Positions 18,525-28,713 of a DNA stretch of 64,000 nucleotides are shown here, piece by piece. Every line of letters begins with the position of its first letter. Position 1 is the first letter of the stretch. The notes beneath the pieces are model-generated. The model was not told where the DNA came from. It worked only from the letters and a program-made list of their open reading frames with translations, and did not search any database. Both the position numbers and the translations under genes were made by a program. The stretch comes from Halorussus marinus (GTDB lineage: Archaea; Halobacteriota; Halobacteria; Halobacteriales; Haladaptataceae): NCBI RefSeq assembly GCF_004765795.1, contig NZ_SBIV01000004.1:62001-126000 (forward strand). The letters run 5' to 3'.

Positions 18525-19514
18525 CTACTCGACGACGACCTCTCCGACCATCCCCTGATCGGCGTGGGGCACGCAGACGTACGTGTACGTCCCCGGAACG
18601 GTGAAGGTGTGCTCGTAGGTCTCGCCGACTTGCAACACCATGAACGACCTGCTCGCCTCGTAGGAGGCGAACGGGTCGGCGTCCGCCGGGATCGACACCT
18701 TCGGGTCGGCCTCGGGCTTGGCGCTGACGTTGTGGCCCTCGCTCTCGGCGGTCCACCGCACGGTGTCGCCGACCGAGATCTCGACCTGATCGGGGACGAA
18801 CTTGAGGTAGTCGCCCTCCGGGCCGACCGCCACCTCGACGACGTCGCCGGCCGAATCGGTCGCGTCACCGGACCCGTCGTCGGCGGTCGTCTCCCCGCCG
18901 GCGCCCTCCTCGGCGCGCTCGTACTGGCCGACGTACCGGGTCCGCGAGATCGCCCGCGGCACCGCGGCCGCGAGCACTTCCTCGTACCCCGCGCCGGGAT
19001 CGAGGCCGAGCGGCTCTTCGAGCGCATAGAGGGTGAACAGGTAGGTGTGGCGGGGGTCCTCCCGCGGCGGGCACGGGCCGACGTACCCGAGTTCTCCGGT
19101 GCCGTTCGCGCCCTGACGCGCGCCGTCGAGCGCGTCGACGGTCTCGCCGGCCGGGACCTCGGCCGGGATGCGCCCGGCGTCGGCCGGGACGTCCCACAGT
19201 AGCCAGTGGACGAACGGCGGGTCGGGCGCGTCTGGATCGTCGACCACCAGCGCGAGCGACTCGGCGCCGTCCGGCACCGACTCGATCCGGAGCGGCGGCG
19301 AGCGGTTCTCGCCGTCGCAGGTGAACGCCGGCGGTATCGACCCGCCGTTCTCGAACGCGGGGCTCCGAAGCGAGAACCCCGTCTCGGTCGCTGTCCCCGT
19401 CTCGCCGTCTGTCGTGGTCTCTTGCTCGCCGCGGCTCCGACTGGCTCCGACGCTCCCGACGACCCCCATCGACGCGGCCCCCGCGGCCGAGCGCAGCAGC
19501 GTGCGTCTGCGCAT
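18525..19514 (-). CDS. Tat-exported YbhB/YbcL (PEBP) protein fused to a C-terminal halocyanin (type-1 copper) domain
   Basis: MRRRTLL signal; SPAF, SPPL, DPDAP, FVHW, GYVGPCPP, HTYLFTLYAL (PEBP); GHNV and YVCVPHADQGM copper ligands. Confidence 0.9.
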   Translation of the reverse strand: MRRRTLLRSAAGAASMGVVGSVGASRSRGEQETTTDGETGTATETGFSLRSPAFENGGSIPPAFTCDGENRSPPLRIESVPDGAESLALVVDDPDAPDPPFVHWLLWDVPADAGRIPAEVPAGETVDALDGARQGANGTGELGYVGPCPPREDPRHTYLFTLYALEEPLGLDPGAGYEEVLAAAVPRAISRTRYVGQYERAEEGAGGETTADDGSGDATDSAGDVVEVAVGPEGDYLKFVPDQVEISVGDTVRWTAESEGHNVSAKPEADPKVSIPADADPFASYEASRSFMVLQVGETYEHTFTVPGTYTYVCVPHADQGMVGEVVVE

Positions 19515-19618
19515 GTGGCTCGGCTTCGACGGTGCCCGGTAAATAGGTGCGGGCCGGCCGTCGCGCGCGACCGACCGCACCCGAACGTATATTCGGCCTG
19601 CCGCGGATAGCGCCCGAT

Positions 19619-20050
19619 ATGAACCGGCGTCAGTTCCTCGCGGCGGCGTTCGCGACTGCTGGCGCGCCCGCGGTGTCGGGGTGTGCAGGCCTCGCCCCCG
19701 GCGGTGAGTCCTACGACGTCGGGGTCGAGACCGTCACCGTCGACGGACGCGAAAAGCGCCTCGTCGCGATCACGCCGACGGGCGATAGCCGACTGGTGAA
19801 AGGCGCCGAGATCGTCGTCGACGCCGGCGCGGTTCGGTTCGCGTACACCTCGACGATGAACCACGACGACACCGTCTATCTGGTGTATCGGCCCTCCCGG
19901 AGCCCGCCGCGGTTCACGATCGCTCGCGGGCTCGACGACGACCTCGCGGTGTACGGGCTCGACGACATCGGATTTCGGATCGAGGCGGTCGAGATCACGG
20001 CTCGCGGGACCACCGCCCGGTACGAACTCGCGTCCGGCTCCCGAGCGTGA
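19619..20050 (+). CDS. Tat lipoprotein of unknown function
   Basis: MNRRQFLAAA...VSGC (twin arginine plus lipobox). Confidence 0.75.
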   Translation: MNRRQFLAAAFATAGAPAVSGCAGLAPGGESYDVGVETVTVDGREKRLVAITPTGDSRLVKGAEIVVDAGAVRFAYTSTMNHDDTVYLVYRPSRSPPRFTIARGLDDDLAVYGLDDIGFRIEAVEITARGTTARYELASGSRA

Positions 20051-20119
20051 GGTGGGGTCTCCGGCAAACCCTGATGCAGGGGACTATTTTAAGTCCCCGT
20101 GCCACCTTCTCTCACAAAC

Positions 20120-20287
20120 ATGGCCGAACTCGACCCGCCAACGAAACGCGAGTGTCACCGGTGCGGTCGGCGGGAAGTGTGGGACGCCGACGCCGCGAAC
20201 TGGACGATCGCGAACGGCAACGCCGGAGAGCCCTTCTGCATCCACGAGTGGGACATCACGGGCGCCTACCAGCCGGTCACCGAGTGA
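20120..20287 (+). CDS. HEWD family small zinc-finger protein
   Basis: RECHRCGR...FCIHEWDITG; TTTTAA box about 30 nt upstream. Confidence 0.88.
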   Translation: MAELDPPTKRECHRCGRREVWDADAANWTIANGNAGEPFCIHEWDITGAYQPVTE

Positions 20288-20488
20288 CCGCTCCGTAGCG
20301 ATCCCGGCAGTTTTTATTACCGGGACGCGTAAGGCCCGCATAGACCGATCGCTCGCGGATTCGTGGGTCGCCACCGCGGGCTCCCGCCGACGGCTGTGAG
20401 ACGCCGCGGCCGGGATCCCGACGCCGCGGGCAGGTTTAGGTACGTACGGACGCCACGGAACGTGGCTTTGCGTACAACAGGTGAAACT

Positions 20489-21841
20489 ATGGAAATCGAA
20501 ATTGCAACCATCGGCGGTTACGAAGAAGTCGGCCGGCAGTGTACTGCGGTCCGCGCGGGCGAGGACGTTGTCATCTTCGACATGGGGCTGAACCTCTCGA
20601 AGGTCCTGCTCCACGACAACGTCGAGACCGAGAAACTGCACAGTCTGGACCTGATCGACATGGGCGCGATCCCCGACGACCGCGTCATGTCCGAACTCGA
20701 AGGCGACGTGCAGGCGATCGTGCCGACCCACGGTCACCTCGACCACATCGGCGCGATCAGCAAGCTCGCCCACCGGTACAACGCGCCGATCGTCTCGGCC
20801 CCGTTCACGATCGAACTGGTGAAACAGCAGATTCAGGGCGAGCAGAAGTTCGGCGTCGAGAACGACCTCGTGAAGATGGAGGCCGGCGAGACGATGTCGA
20901 TCGGCGACTCCGGGCAGGTCGAACTCGAGTTCGTCAACGTCACCCACTCCATCATCGACGCGATCAACCCCGTCCTCCACACCCCGGAGGGCGCGGTCGT
21001 CTACGGCCTCGACAAGCGGATGGACCACACGCCGGTCGTCGGCGACCCCATCGACATGAAGCGGTTCCGCGAGATCGGCCGCGAGGGCGAGGGCGTCCTC
21101 GCGTACATCGAAGACTGCACCAACGCGGGCCGGAAGGGCCGCACCCCCAGCGAGTCGGTCGCGCGGCGTCACCTCGAAGACGTCATGACCTCCGTCGAGG
21201 ACTACGACGGCGGCATCGTGGCGACGACGTTCTCCAGCCACATCGCCCGCGTCAAGAGCCTCGTGGAGTTCGCCCAAGACATCGGCCGCGAGCCGGTGTT
21301 GCTCGGGCGCTCGATGGAGAAGTACTCGGGCACCGCCGAGCGACTCGACTTCGTCGACTTCCCCGAGGACATGGGGATGTTCGGCCACCGGAAGTCGGTC
21401 GACCGCACGTTCAAGCGGATCATGAAGGAGGGCAAGGAGAACTACCTCCCCATCGTGACCGGCCACCAGGGCGAGCCCCGAGCGATGCTCACCCGGATGG
21501 GCCGAGGCGAGACGCCCTACGACCTGGAGAACGGCGACAAGGTCATCTTCTCGGCCCGCGTCATCCCGGAGCCGACCAACGAGGGCCAGCGCTACCAGTC
21601 CGAGCGCCTCCTGAAGATGCAGGGCGCACGCATCTACGACGACGTCCACGTCTCGGGCCACCTCCGCGAGGAGGGCCACTACGAGATGCTGGACGCGCTC
21701 CAGCCCCAGCACGTCATCCCGGCCCACCAGGACATGAAGGGCTTCTCGCCGTACGTCAACCTCTGTGAGAGTCAGGGCTACAAGCTGGGCCGAGACCTCC
21801 ACGTCACGAGCAACGGCAACCTCATCCAACTCGTCGAGTAA
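20489..21841 (+). CDS. rnj: Ribonuclease J (beta-CASP)
   Basis: [39 protein letters not shown]. Confidence 0.95.
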   Translation: MEIEIATIGGYEEVGRQCTAVRAGEDVVIFDMGLNLSKVLLHDNVETEKLHSLDLIDMGAIPDDRVMSELEGDVQAIVPTHGHLDHIGAISKLAHRYNAPIVSAPFTIELVKQQIQGEQKFGVENDLVKMEAGETMSIGDSGQVELEFVNVTHSIIDAINPVLHTPEGAVVYGLDKRMDHTPVVGDPIDMKRFREIGREGEGVLAYIEDCTNAGRKGRTPSESVARRHLEDVMTSVEDYDGGIVATTFSSHIARVKSLVEFAQDIGREPVLLGRSMEKYSGTAERLDFVDFPEDMGMFGHRKSVDRTFKRIMKEGKENYLPIVTGHQGEPRAMLTRMGRGETPYDLENGDKVIFSARVIPEPTNEGQRYQSERLLKMQGARIYDDVHVSGHLREEGHYEMLDALQPQHVIPAHQDMKGFSPYVNLCESQGYKLGRDLHVTSNGNLIQLVE

Positions 21842-21842
21842 C

Positions 21843-22898
21843 ATGACCGACGCGAGCGCCGAGACACTGGAAGCACAGGTGGTGGGGGCCGTCGAACAGC
21901 GACGCGAGCAGGTCAACGACGCCATCGTCGCGGACCTGCCGGTCGCCGAGCCCGAGCGGCTCTACGAGGCCGCCCGTTACCTGCTCGATGCGGGGGGCAA
22001 GCGGCTCCGGCCCACCGTGCTGTTGCTGGTCGCGGAGGCGCTCGCGGACGTCGACCCCGAGGCGGCCGACTACCGGTCGTTCCCCGACATCGACGGTCGC
22101 CCGGTAGACATGATGGCCGCGGCGGTCTCGATCGAGGTCATCCAGTCGTTCACGCTGATCCACGACGACATCATGGACGACGACGACCTCCGGCGCGGCG
22201 TGCCGGCGGTCCATCGGGAGTACGACACCGAGACCGCGATTCTGGCCGGCGACACCCTCTACTCCAAAGCGTTCGAGATCCTGCTGAACGCCGACGCCCC
22301 GGCCGACCGCGTGGTCGAGGCGATGGACGTGCTCGCGACGACCTGCACCAAGATCTGCGAGGGTCAGGCCCGCGACATCGAGTTCGAGAGCCGGCTCGAC
22401 GTGCTCCCAGACGAGTACCTCGACATGATCGAGCACAAGACCGCGGTGCTGTACGGCGCGGCCGCCACCATGCCCGCGATCCTGTTCGGCGCCGACGACG
22501 AGACGGTCGAGCAACTCTATCGCTACGGCATCGACGTCGGTCGGGCGTTCCAGATACAGGACGACGTGCTCGATCTGACCGTGCCGAGCGAGCAACTCGG
22601 CAAACAGCGCGGTAGCGACCTCGTGGAGAACAAACAGACCATCATCACGCTCCACGCCCGCGAGCAGGGCGTCGACGTCGACGCGCTGGTCGAGACCGAC
22701 GACGTCGAGGCGGTCACGGAGGCCGAGATCGACGAGGCTGTCGCGGCGCTCCACGACGCCGGGAGCATCGACTACGCGAAACAGAAGGCCCAGGAGCTCG
22801 TCGAACGGGGCAAGGGCCGGCTCGAAGTGCTCCCGGAGAACGACGCGCGCGAACTCCTCGAAGGTATCGCCGACTACCTCGTCGAGCGCGGCTACTGA
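21843..22898 (+). CDS. idsA: Polyprenyl (geranylgeranyl) diphosphate synthase
   Basis: GGKRLRP, LIHDDIMDDDDLRRG, GQARD, KT, FQIQDDVLD. Confidence 0.96.
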   Translation: MTDASAETLEAQVVGAVEQRREQVNDAIVADLPVAEPERLYEAARYLLDAGGKRLRPTVLLLVAEALADVDPEAADYRSFPDIDGRPVDMMAAAVSIEVIQSFTLIHDDIMDDDDLRRGVPAVHREYDTETAILAGDTLYSKAFEILLNADAPADRVVEAMDVLATTCTKICEGQARDIEFESRLDVLPDEYLDMIEHKTAVLYGAAATMPAILFGADDETVEQLYRYGIDVGRAFQIQDDVLDLTVPSEQLGKQRGSDLVENKQTIITLHAREQGVDVDALVETDDVEAVTEAEIDEAVAALHDAGSIDYAKQKAQELVERGKGRLEVLPENDARELLEGIADYLVERGY

Positions 22899-23012
22899 TC
22901 GCGCTCGCACCGCTCGGCGTCGGGGCGTCTGAGAAGATTCGCCGCCGCGGCGCCGGCGATGGAGGGCGACGGTCGGCGCCGCGGCGGGCACGAAGCGTCG
23001 GCGGGGACCGAC

Positions 23013-23417
23013 TCAGTCGGCGTCGAACTCTTTGAAGTGAGTGTGTTCGAGGTACTCCTCGAGCGTGGGCTGGCGCCAGTACCGGACGACGTCGCTTCGC
23101 TCGTCGTAGTCGACGACCTCGGCGTCCGCGAGCCGCGGCAGGTGCTTCTCGCGGAGCGCGTCGCCGATGGCGCTCCGGCGCTCGTCGGTGAGCGCGACGT
23201 CGTCGGCTCTGGCCTCCCACAGCGCCACATCGTCGGCGAGCGCCTCGACCTCGGCGAGGCCGTCCTCGGTACTCGTCAGCGCGTAGAGGGCGTACCGGCG
23301 GCGGCTCTCGGAGAGGAGCTCGAACAGCACGTCGAAGGGCGGCGTCGCGACTGCTCGACCACTGCGGAGAACGTGGTCGTCCTCGGATGTCCCGGCACGG
23401 ACTGTATCGTCACTCAT
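23013..23417 (-). CDS. Small haloarchaeal wHTH protein (DUF7344-like)
   Basis: FELLSESRRRYALY..., LREKHLPRLADAEVVDYD. Confidence 0.8.
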   Translation of the reverse strand: MSDDTVRAGTSEDDHVLRSGRAVATPPFDVLFELLSESRRRYALYALTSTEDGLAEVEALADDVALWEARADDVALTDERRSAIGDALREKHLPRLADAEVVDYDERSDVVRYWRQPTLEEYLEHTHFKEFDAD

Positions 23418-23525
23418 TGCGGGTGACCACCACCTTCTCCTACCGCCAGGACGGTCAACAAACCCATGCCTCAATAATTAGGTAGTTGCGGAGAGCGTGT
23501 CACGCGGCTAATATCACGCGAGTAC

Positions 23526-25490
23526 TCAGTCGAGGAACGTCTCGACCAGTTTGCGCTGGGCGGCCCGGAGGTGCTGGTGGAGCGTCGGCGAGGAGACCCC
23601 AAGCGAGTCGGCGACCTCCTCGGCGGTGCTCCCGCGGGGGTAGTCGTAGTAGCCCGCAAAGTAGGCCGCCCGGAGCGCGCTTCGCTGTTTTTCGGTCAGT
23701 TCCTCGGTCAACGTTCGCCGGAACTCCCGGGCGGTGTTGACCGGTCGATTGGTCTCGCGCTTGCTCACCAGTTCCGCGTCGGGGTACGACCGGCGCAACT
23801 CTTCGACGACCGAGCGGACGTCCAGATCGTGGGGCGCCTCGGTCCGCACCCGGACACCCCCGAAGTCGGCGGACGCCGACGTGACGACGGTCCCGGCGTT
23901 GACGAGGTGTTCGACCGGCGAGGACTCGTGGACGATCTCCAGTAGGCATCCGTCGTCGTCGGTGACGACGCGGCTCTCCGCGACCGACGCCGCATCCCGG
24001 AGCCGGTCGCGGACCGCCGACGCCGAGGCCCCTTCGACCGCGACGTACTCCAAAAGCCGGTCTTCGGCGGCCGGAACGAACCCCTCGAGCCGACACCGAC
24101 AGTCGAGGGCCGCCGGGAGGACGCCGAACACCGAGTTCGAGTCGGGGAGCCGAAACTCGAGTTCGACGGCGGTGTCCGAGAGCATCAAGTTCCGGTTTTT
24201 GACCGCGTTGATCGCGAACGCGACGACCTCTCCGAGCGTTTCGAGCGCAGTGAGCTCCCGGTCGCCGAACGTGTCGGTGCACGCGCCGCTGATCCCCAGC
24301 ACGCCGTGGTTGGTGTTACCGTAGCTCAGCGGCACCAGCACCGCAGAGACCATCCCGAGTTCGCGCATGCACTCGCGTTCGCGCTCCGAGAGGCGGTCGG
24401 CGTCGGCGGCGTCCGCGATGACGACCGACTCGCCGTCGCTGACGACCTGCGAGAAGGCGTTTTCGGACTCCGGGCGGGCGCTGGTCGCCGCGACGAGCCG
24501 GTCGACGGCGTCGCGGTCGGCGCCGACGACGACGCTCGGGGTCGTCCGCTCGTCTTTGACCCACGGGCCGGCGACCCACGCGAACTGATAGAACTCCGAA
24601 TTGGCGAGCCCCTCACAGACCGACCGCTCGATCTCCTCGCGGGAGGCCGACTCGACCAGCGACTGGAGGATCCGGTTTATGAGGTCGTTGATCCGGGTGA
24701 GCGTCCCGAGCTGGTCGTTTCTGATCGCGAGCTCGCGTTCGTTGGCGCGGCGATCGGTCACGTCGCGGGCGACCCACACGACCGCCCGGCGCCCGTCGAC
24801 CGGTTCGGCGAGCGGCGCGACCCGTCCCTCGAACCACCGCTCGCCGTCGTCGGTCTCGATCTGATACTCGACGGTCTGGACGTCGCCGCGCTCCAGCGTG
24901 GCCCGGATGTGATCGACGAATCGGTCCGCGGTCTCGTCGGCGAAGGCGTCGTGGACGTACCGGCCGACGAGCGACTCGGGTTCGTAGGTCTTCAGTTCGG
25001 CCGTTCCGGGACTCGACAGCACCTCCAGATACCGGCCCGCCTCGTCCAAGACGAACGCGACGTCCGGGAAGGCGTTGGTCAGCTCGCGGAGTCGGTCGCC
25101 GGGCAGACCGGGCTCGGACGCGCCGGCCGCTCGCCGGATCCGCTCACACAGCTCCTCGCCGCCGGCCGACTTCGGCAGGTAGTCGGTCGCACCCGCCCCG
25201 AGGGCGTCGCTGGCGACGGTCTCGCTCCCCGAGTCGGTGAAGATCACGAACGGGAGATCGGGTCGCTCGGCCCGGACCGACGCGAGCAGGTCGATCCCGT
25301 CGGTCTCGGGCAGGTCGTACTCGCTGACGACGCAGTCGATCCCGCCGTCGGTGAGCCGCTCGCGGGCGGCCGCCGCCGAGTCGACCCGTTTGCCCGTCAG
25401 GTCCGGGGCGTCCGCGACCGGCGCCGGCGGCGGTTCGGCGTCGACATAGAGGAACTCGATCCCGGTCGCCGTTCGGTCGCGATCTGTCAC
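23526..25490 (-). CDS. Bacterio-opsin activator (Bat)-like regulator: REC-PAS-GAF-HTH_10
   Basis: Receiver-like N-terminus, PAS (RWFEGRVAP..VWVARDVTDR), GAF, C-terminal LTEKQ..AYFAGYYDYPR..QHLR. Confidence 0.92.
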   Translation of the reverse strand: MTDRDRTATGIEFLYVDAEPPPAPVADAPDLTGKRVDSAAAARERLTDGGIDCVVSEYDLPETDGIDLLASVRAERPDLPFVIFTDSGSETVASDALGAGATDYLPKSAGGEELCERIRRAAGASEPGLPGDRLRELTNAFPDVAFVLDEAGRYLEVLSSPGTAELKTYEPESLVGRYVHDAFADETADRFVDHIRATLERGDVQTVEYQIETDDGERWFEGRVAPLAEPVDGRRAVVWVARDVTDRRANERELAIRNDQLGTLTRINDLINRILQSLVESASREEIERSVCEGLANSEFYQFAWVAGPWVKDERTTPSVVVGADRDAVDRLVAATSARPESENAFSQVVSDGESVVIADAADADRLSERERECMRELGMVSAVLVPLSYGNTNHGVLGISGACTDTFGDRELTALETLGEVVAFAINAVKNRNLMLSDTAVELEFRLPDSNSVFGVLPAALDCRCRLEGFVPAAEDRLLEYVAVEGASASAVRDRLRDAASVAESRVVTDDDGCLLEIVHESSPVEHLVNAGTVVTSASADFGGVRVRTEAPHDLDVRSVVEELRRSYPDAELVSKRETNRPVNTAREFRRTLTEELTEKQRSALRAAYFAGYYDYPRGSTAEEVADSLGVSSPTLHQHLRAAQRKLVETFLD

Positions 25491-25602
25491 GCGTTAGCGA
25501 AACGTGCGCCTCGATACACCTAAGCGCCCCGGTTAGCGCGCCGACACGTCGATCGATCCGAATCCGGTTCAGTTTTCCCCCGGACGCGCGAAACGGACCC
25601 CA

Positions 25603-27324
25603 ATGGACGACGAACTCCGAGACCGGATCGAGACGGAGGCCGAGAAGCACGCCCTCGTCAACGCGGTCAAGCACGGTAGCGAGGCCGACGTGGGCGCGAT
25701 CATGGGGCCGCTGATGGGCGACAACCCCGACTTCCGCCAGCACGGCGACGAGATCCCCGGCGTCATCGGGCCGGTCATTTCGCGGGTCAACGGCCTCGAC
25801 CCCGACGAGCGCCGCGACCGCCTCGCGGACCTCGCGCCCGACTGGCTCGCCGAGATCGAGAGCGACGACGAGGACGACAGCTTACTGCCCGACCTGCCGA
25901 ACGCCGAGGAGTACGATCAGGTCCGCATGCGGTGTGCCCCGAACCCCAACGGGCCGTGGCACATCGGCCACGCCCGGATGCCCGCGGTCATCGGCACCTA
26001 CGCCGAGGAGTACGACGGGGAGTTCATCGTCCGGTTCGACGACACCGATCCCGAGACCAAGCGCCCGCTTCTGTGGGCTTACGACGAGATCCTCGACGAG
26101 ATCGACTACCTCGGCTTCGAGCCCGCCGAGGTCTACCGCGCCAGCGACCGGCTCGAGACGTACTACGACCACGCCCGTCGGCTCATCGAGAAGGGCGGCG
26201 CCTACACCTGCTCGTGTCCGGCCGGGGAGTTCTCGGACCTGAAGAACGACGCCGAGCCGTGTCCCCACCGCGACAAGGACCCCGAGACCACGATGGCGGA
26301 GTTCGAGTCGATGGTCGACGGCGAGTACGAGTCGGGCGAGATGGTGCTCCGGGTGAAGACCGACATCGAGCACAAGAACCCCGCGCTCCGAGACTGGGTC
26401 GCGTTCCGGATCATCGACACGCCCCACCCGCGCGAGGCGGCCGAGGACGACCGGTGTTGGCCGATGCTCGACTTCCAGTCGGGGGTCGACGACCACCTGA
26501 CCGGCGTCACCCACATCATCCGGGGGATCGACCTCCAGGACTCGGCGAAGCGCCAGCGGTTCGTCTACGACTACTTCGACTGGGAGTACCCCGAGGTCAT
26601 CCACTGGGGCCACGTTCAGGTCGACGAGTACGACGTGAAGATGTCGACCTCCACGATCGGAGAGCTCATCGAGGCCGGCGACCTCGACGGCTGGGACGAC
26701 CCGCGGGCGCCGACGCTCCCGAGCGTCGAGCGCCGGGGCATCCGCGGCGAGGCGCTGGTCGAGGCGATGGTCGGGCTCGGCACCTCCACGAGCAACGTCG
26801 ATCTGGCGATGAGCACGGTGTACGCGAACAACCGCGAGCTGATCGACGACGAGGCCGACCGCTACTTCTTCGTGCGCGAGGACCACGCCGACTTCACGCT
26901 CGCCGGCGAGCCCCCCGAGACCGCGAGCCCGCCGGTCCATCCCGACCACGAGGACAGGGGCACCCGCGACATCGACCCCGGCAACCGGGTCCGCATCGAG
27001 GAGCCCGACGTCCCGGCCGACGGCGAGCGCGTCTGGCTCAAGGGGTTCGGCTGCTTCCGGCGCGACGGCGAGACCTTCGAGTACGCCGGCGACGACATCG
27101 CCGCGGTCCGCGAGGAGGGCGTCGACGTGATCCACTGGGTGCCCGCCGACAGCGCGACACTCACCCGGATGCGGACCATGGACGGCGACGTGATCGGCTA
27201 CGCAGAGCCCGGATTCCGGGAGGCCGACCCCGACGAGGTGGTCCAGTTCGAGCGCGTCGGGTTCGCCCGGGTCGATCGACAGGAGGCCGACGACGAGACG
27301 GTCGCGTACTTCGCTCACGAGTGA
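25603..27324 (+). CDS. gltX: Glutamate--tRNA ligase
   Basis: APNPNGPWHIGH, RFDDTDP, THIIRG, KMSTS, QFERVGF. Confidence 0.97.
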   Translation: MDDELRDRIETEAEKHALVNAVKHGSEADVGAIMGPLMGDNPDFRQHGDEIPGVIGPVISRVNGLDPDERRDRLADLAPDWLAEIESDDEDDSLLPDLPNAEEYDQVRMRCAPNPNGPWHIGHARMPAVIGTYAEEYDGEFIVRFDDTDPETKRPLLWAYDEILDEIDYLGFEPAEVYRASDRLETYYDHARRLIEKGGAYTCSCPAGEFSDLKNDAEPCPHRDKDPETTMAEFESMVDGEYESGEMVLRVKTDIEHKNPALRDWVAFRIIDTPHPREAAEDDRCWPMLDFQSGVDDHLTGVTHIIRGIDLQDSAKRQRFVYDYFDWEYPEVIHWGHVQVDEYDVKMSTSTIGELIEAGDLDGWDDPRAPTLPSVERRGIRGEALVEAMVGLGTSTSNVDLAMSTVYANNRELIDDEADRYFFVREDHADFTLAGEPPETASPPVHPDHEDRGTRDIDPGNRVRIEEPDVPADGERVWLKGFGCFRRDGETFEYAGDDIAAVREEGVDVIHWVPADSATLTRMRTMDGDVIGYAEPGFREADPDEVVQFERVGFARVDRQEADDETVAYFAHE

Positions 27325-27501
27325 GCGCCGGCTGACGGCTCCCCGCGTTCGTATTCCGACGCGCGGCCGCTAAACCCATCCAAACAGTAATAGCCGTGGC
27401 TCCGGTGCGTACGCGTGGCAGTTCCGGGTCGGGGCCGTGCGTTCGCCGACCGCGGTGTCGTCGCTCGCCCGGTCCCGGACGGATGCCGGGGGGAAAACGA
27501 C

Positions 27502-28713
27502 ATGAGCGACAACCGATCCGAAGCGAGTGGAGGGGGCGTGGAGCGACGCGAGTTCGTCCGGGGATGTGGCGCGCTCGCCGCGTTCGCGGCCGCGGGCGTC
27601 TCGGCGGGGGACGTGACGGCGCAGTCCGACCGGCCCGAGGGCGACCTCGAAGCGCTCCTCGAAGAGATGCCGAGAAACTGGGGCCGGTGGGGCGAGGACG
27701 ACGAGCTCGGCGCGTTGAACTTCCTCGGGAGCGCGGAGGCACTCGCCGGCGTTCGAGCGGCGACGCGGGAGGACGCGACCGGGATCGAGACGTTCACGCT
27801 CCAGACGTCGATGACCGGCGAGGTGGACCGCGACCCGATCTTTCCGACGCGGACCGTCGCCCGGCGCACCAACGCGCAGGACGAGCGATCCTACCGAGAG
27901 GGTGAGGCCGAGCCGTCGGCGGGCGGGCTCAAGTTCTCCGACGACCGGTTCGTCAACTCGCTGTACCCGCAGGGGACGACCCACGTCGACGCGCCCGGCC
28001 ACGCGTGGTACGGCGACCGGATCTACAACGGGTTCGACGCCGAGACCACCGCGGCGACCAAGGAGTTCGACGAGCCCCTCGAAGGGTGTGGGGGCGAGTC
28101 GGTGTCCGAAACGCGCGGGCTCGGGCGAGCCGACGTCTCGCACGTCGCGGACCACGGCATCGTCGGCCGCGGCGTCCTCCTTGACGTCGGGCGGGCGATG
28201 GGCGGGGCCGGCGATCGACTGGAACCCAACGCCTGCATCTCGCGCGCGGACCTCGAACGCACCGCCGACGAACAGGGGGTGGCGCTCGGACCCCGCGACG
28301 TGCCGGTGATCCGGACCGGCTCGGTCGCCCGCGCCCGCGACGACGACCCCGAACACGAGTGGGCGCCGCTCGAAGAGCCGGGGCTGTGCTACAGCGAGGG
28401 GCTCGTCGAGTGGGTCCACGAGATGGAGTTTCCCGTCATCGGCGGCGACACGCTGAGCGTCGAGAAGAACGTACAGATCATCGACGGCGAGGAGTATCTG
28501 GTGCCGCTCCACGGTGCGTTCCACCGGAATCTCGGCGTGCCGTTCGCCGAGGTGCTGTGGCTCGAAGACCTCGCTGAAAGCGCGGCCGCCGACGGCGTGT
28601 ACGACTTCCTGTTTACGGGCGCGCCGATCAACATCGAGCGCGCGACCGGCGCGATGATCAATCCGGTCGCGATGAAAGCCACGACGCCCGAGAGCGCCGA
28701 CGAGTCGGAGTGA
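27502..28713 (+). CDS. Cyclase family (kynurenine formamidase-like) metal hydrolase with Tat signal
   Basis: ERREFVRG signal; NWGRWGEDDELGALN, TTHVDAPGH, GRGVLLD, IRTG, PLH, NPVA. Confidence 0.88.
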   Translation: MSDNRSEASGGGVERREFVRGCGALAAFAAAGVSAGDVTAQSDRPEGDLEALLEEMPRNWGRWGEDDELGALNFLGSAEALAGVRAATREDATGIETFTLQTSMTGEVDRDPIFPTRTVARRTNAQDERSYREGEAEPSAGGLKFSDDRFVNSLYPQGTTHVDAPGHAWYGDRIYNGFDAETTAATKEFDEPLEGCGGESVSETRGLGRADVSHVADHGIVGRGVLLDVGRAMGGAGDRLEPNACISRADLERTADEQGVALGPRDVPVIRTGSVARARDDDPEHEWAPLEEPGLCYSEGLVEWVHEMEFPVIGGDTLSVEKNVQIIDGEEYLVPLHGAFHRNLGVPFAEVLWLEDLAESAAADGVYDFLFTGAPINIERATGAMINPVAMKATTPESADESE

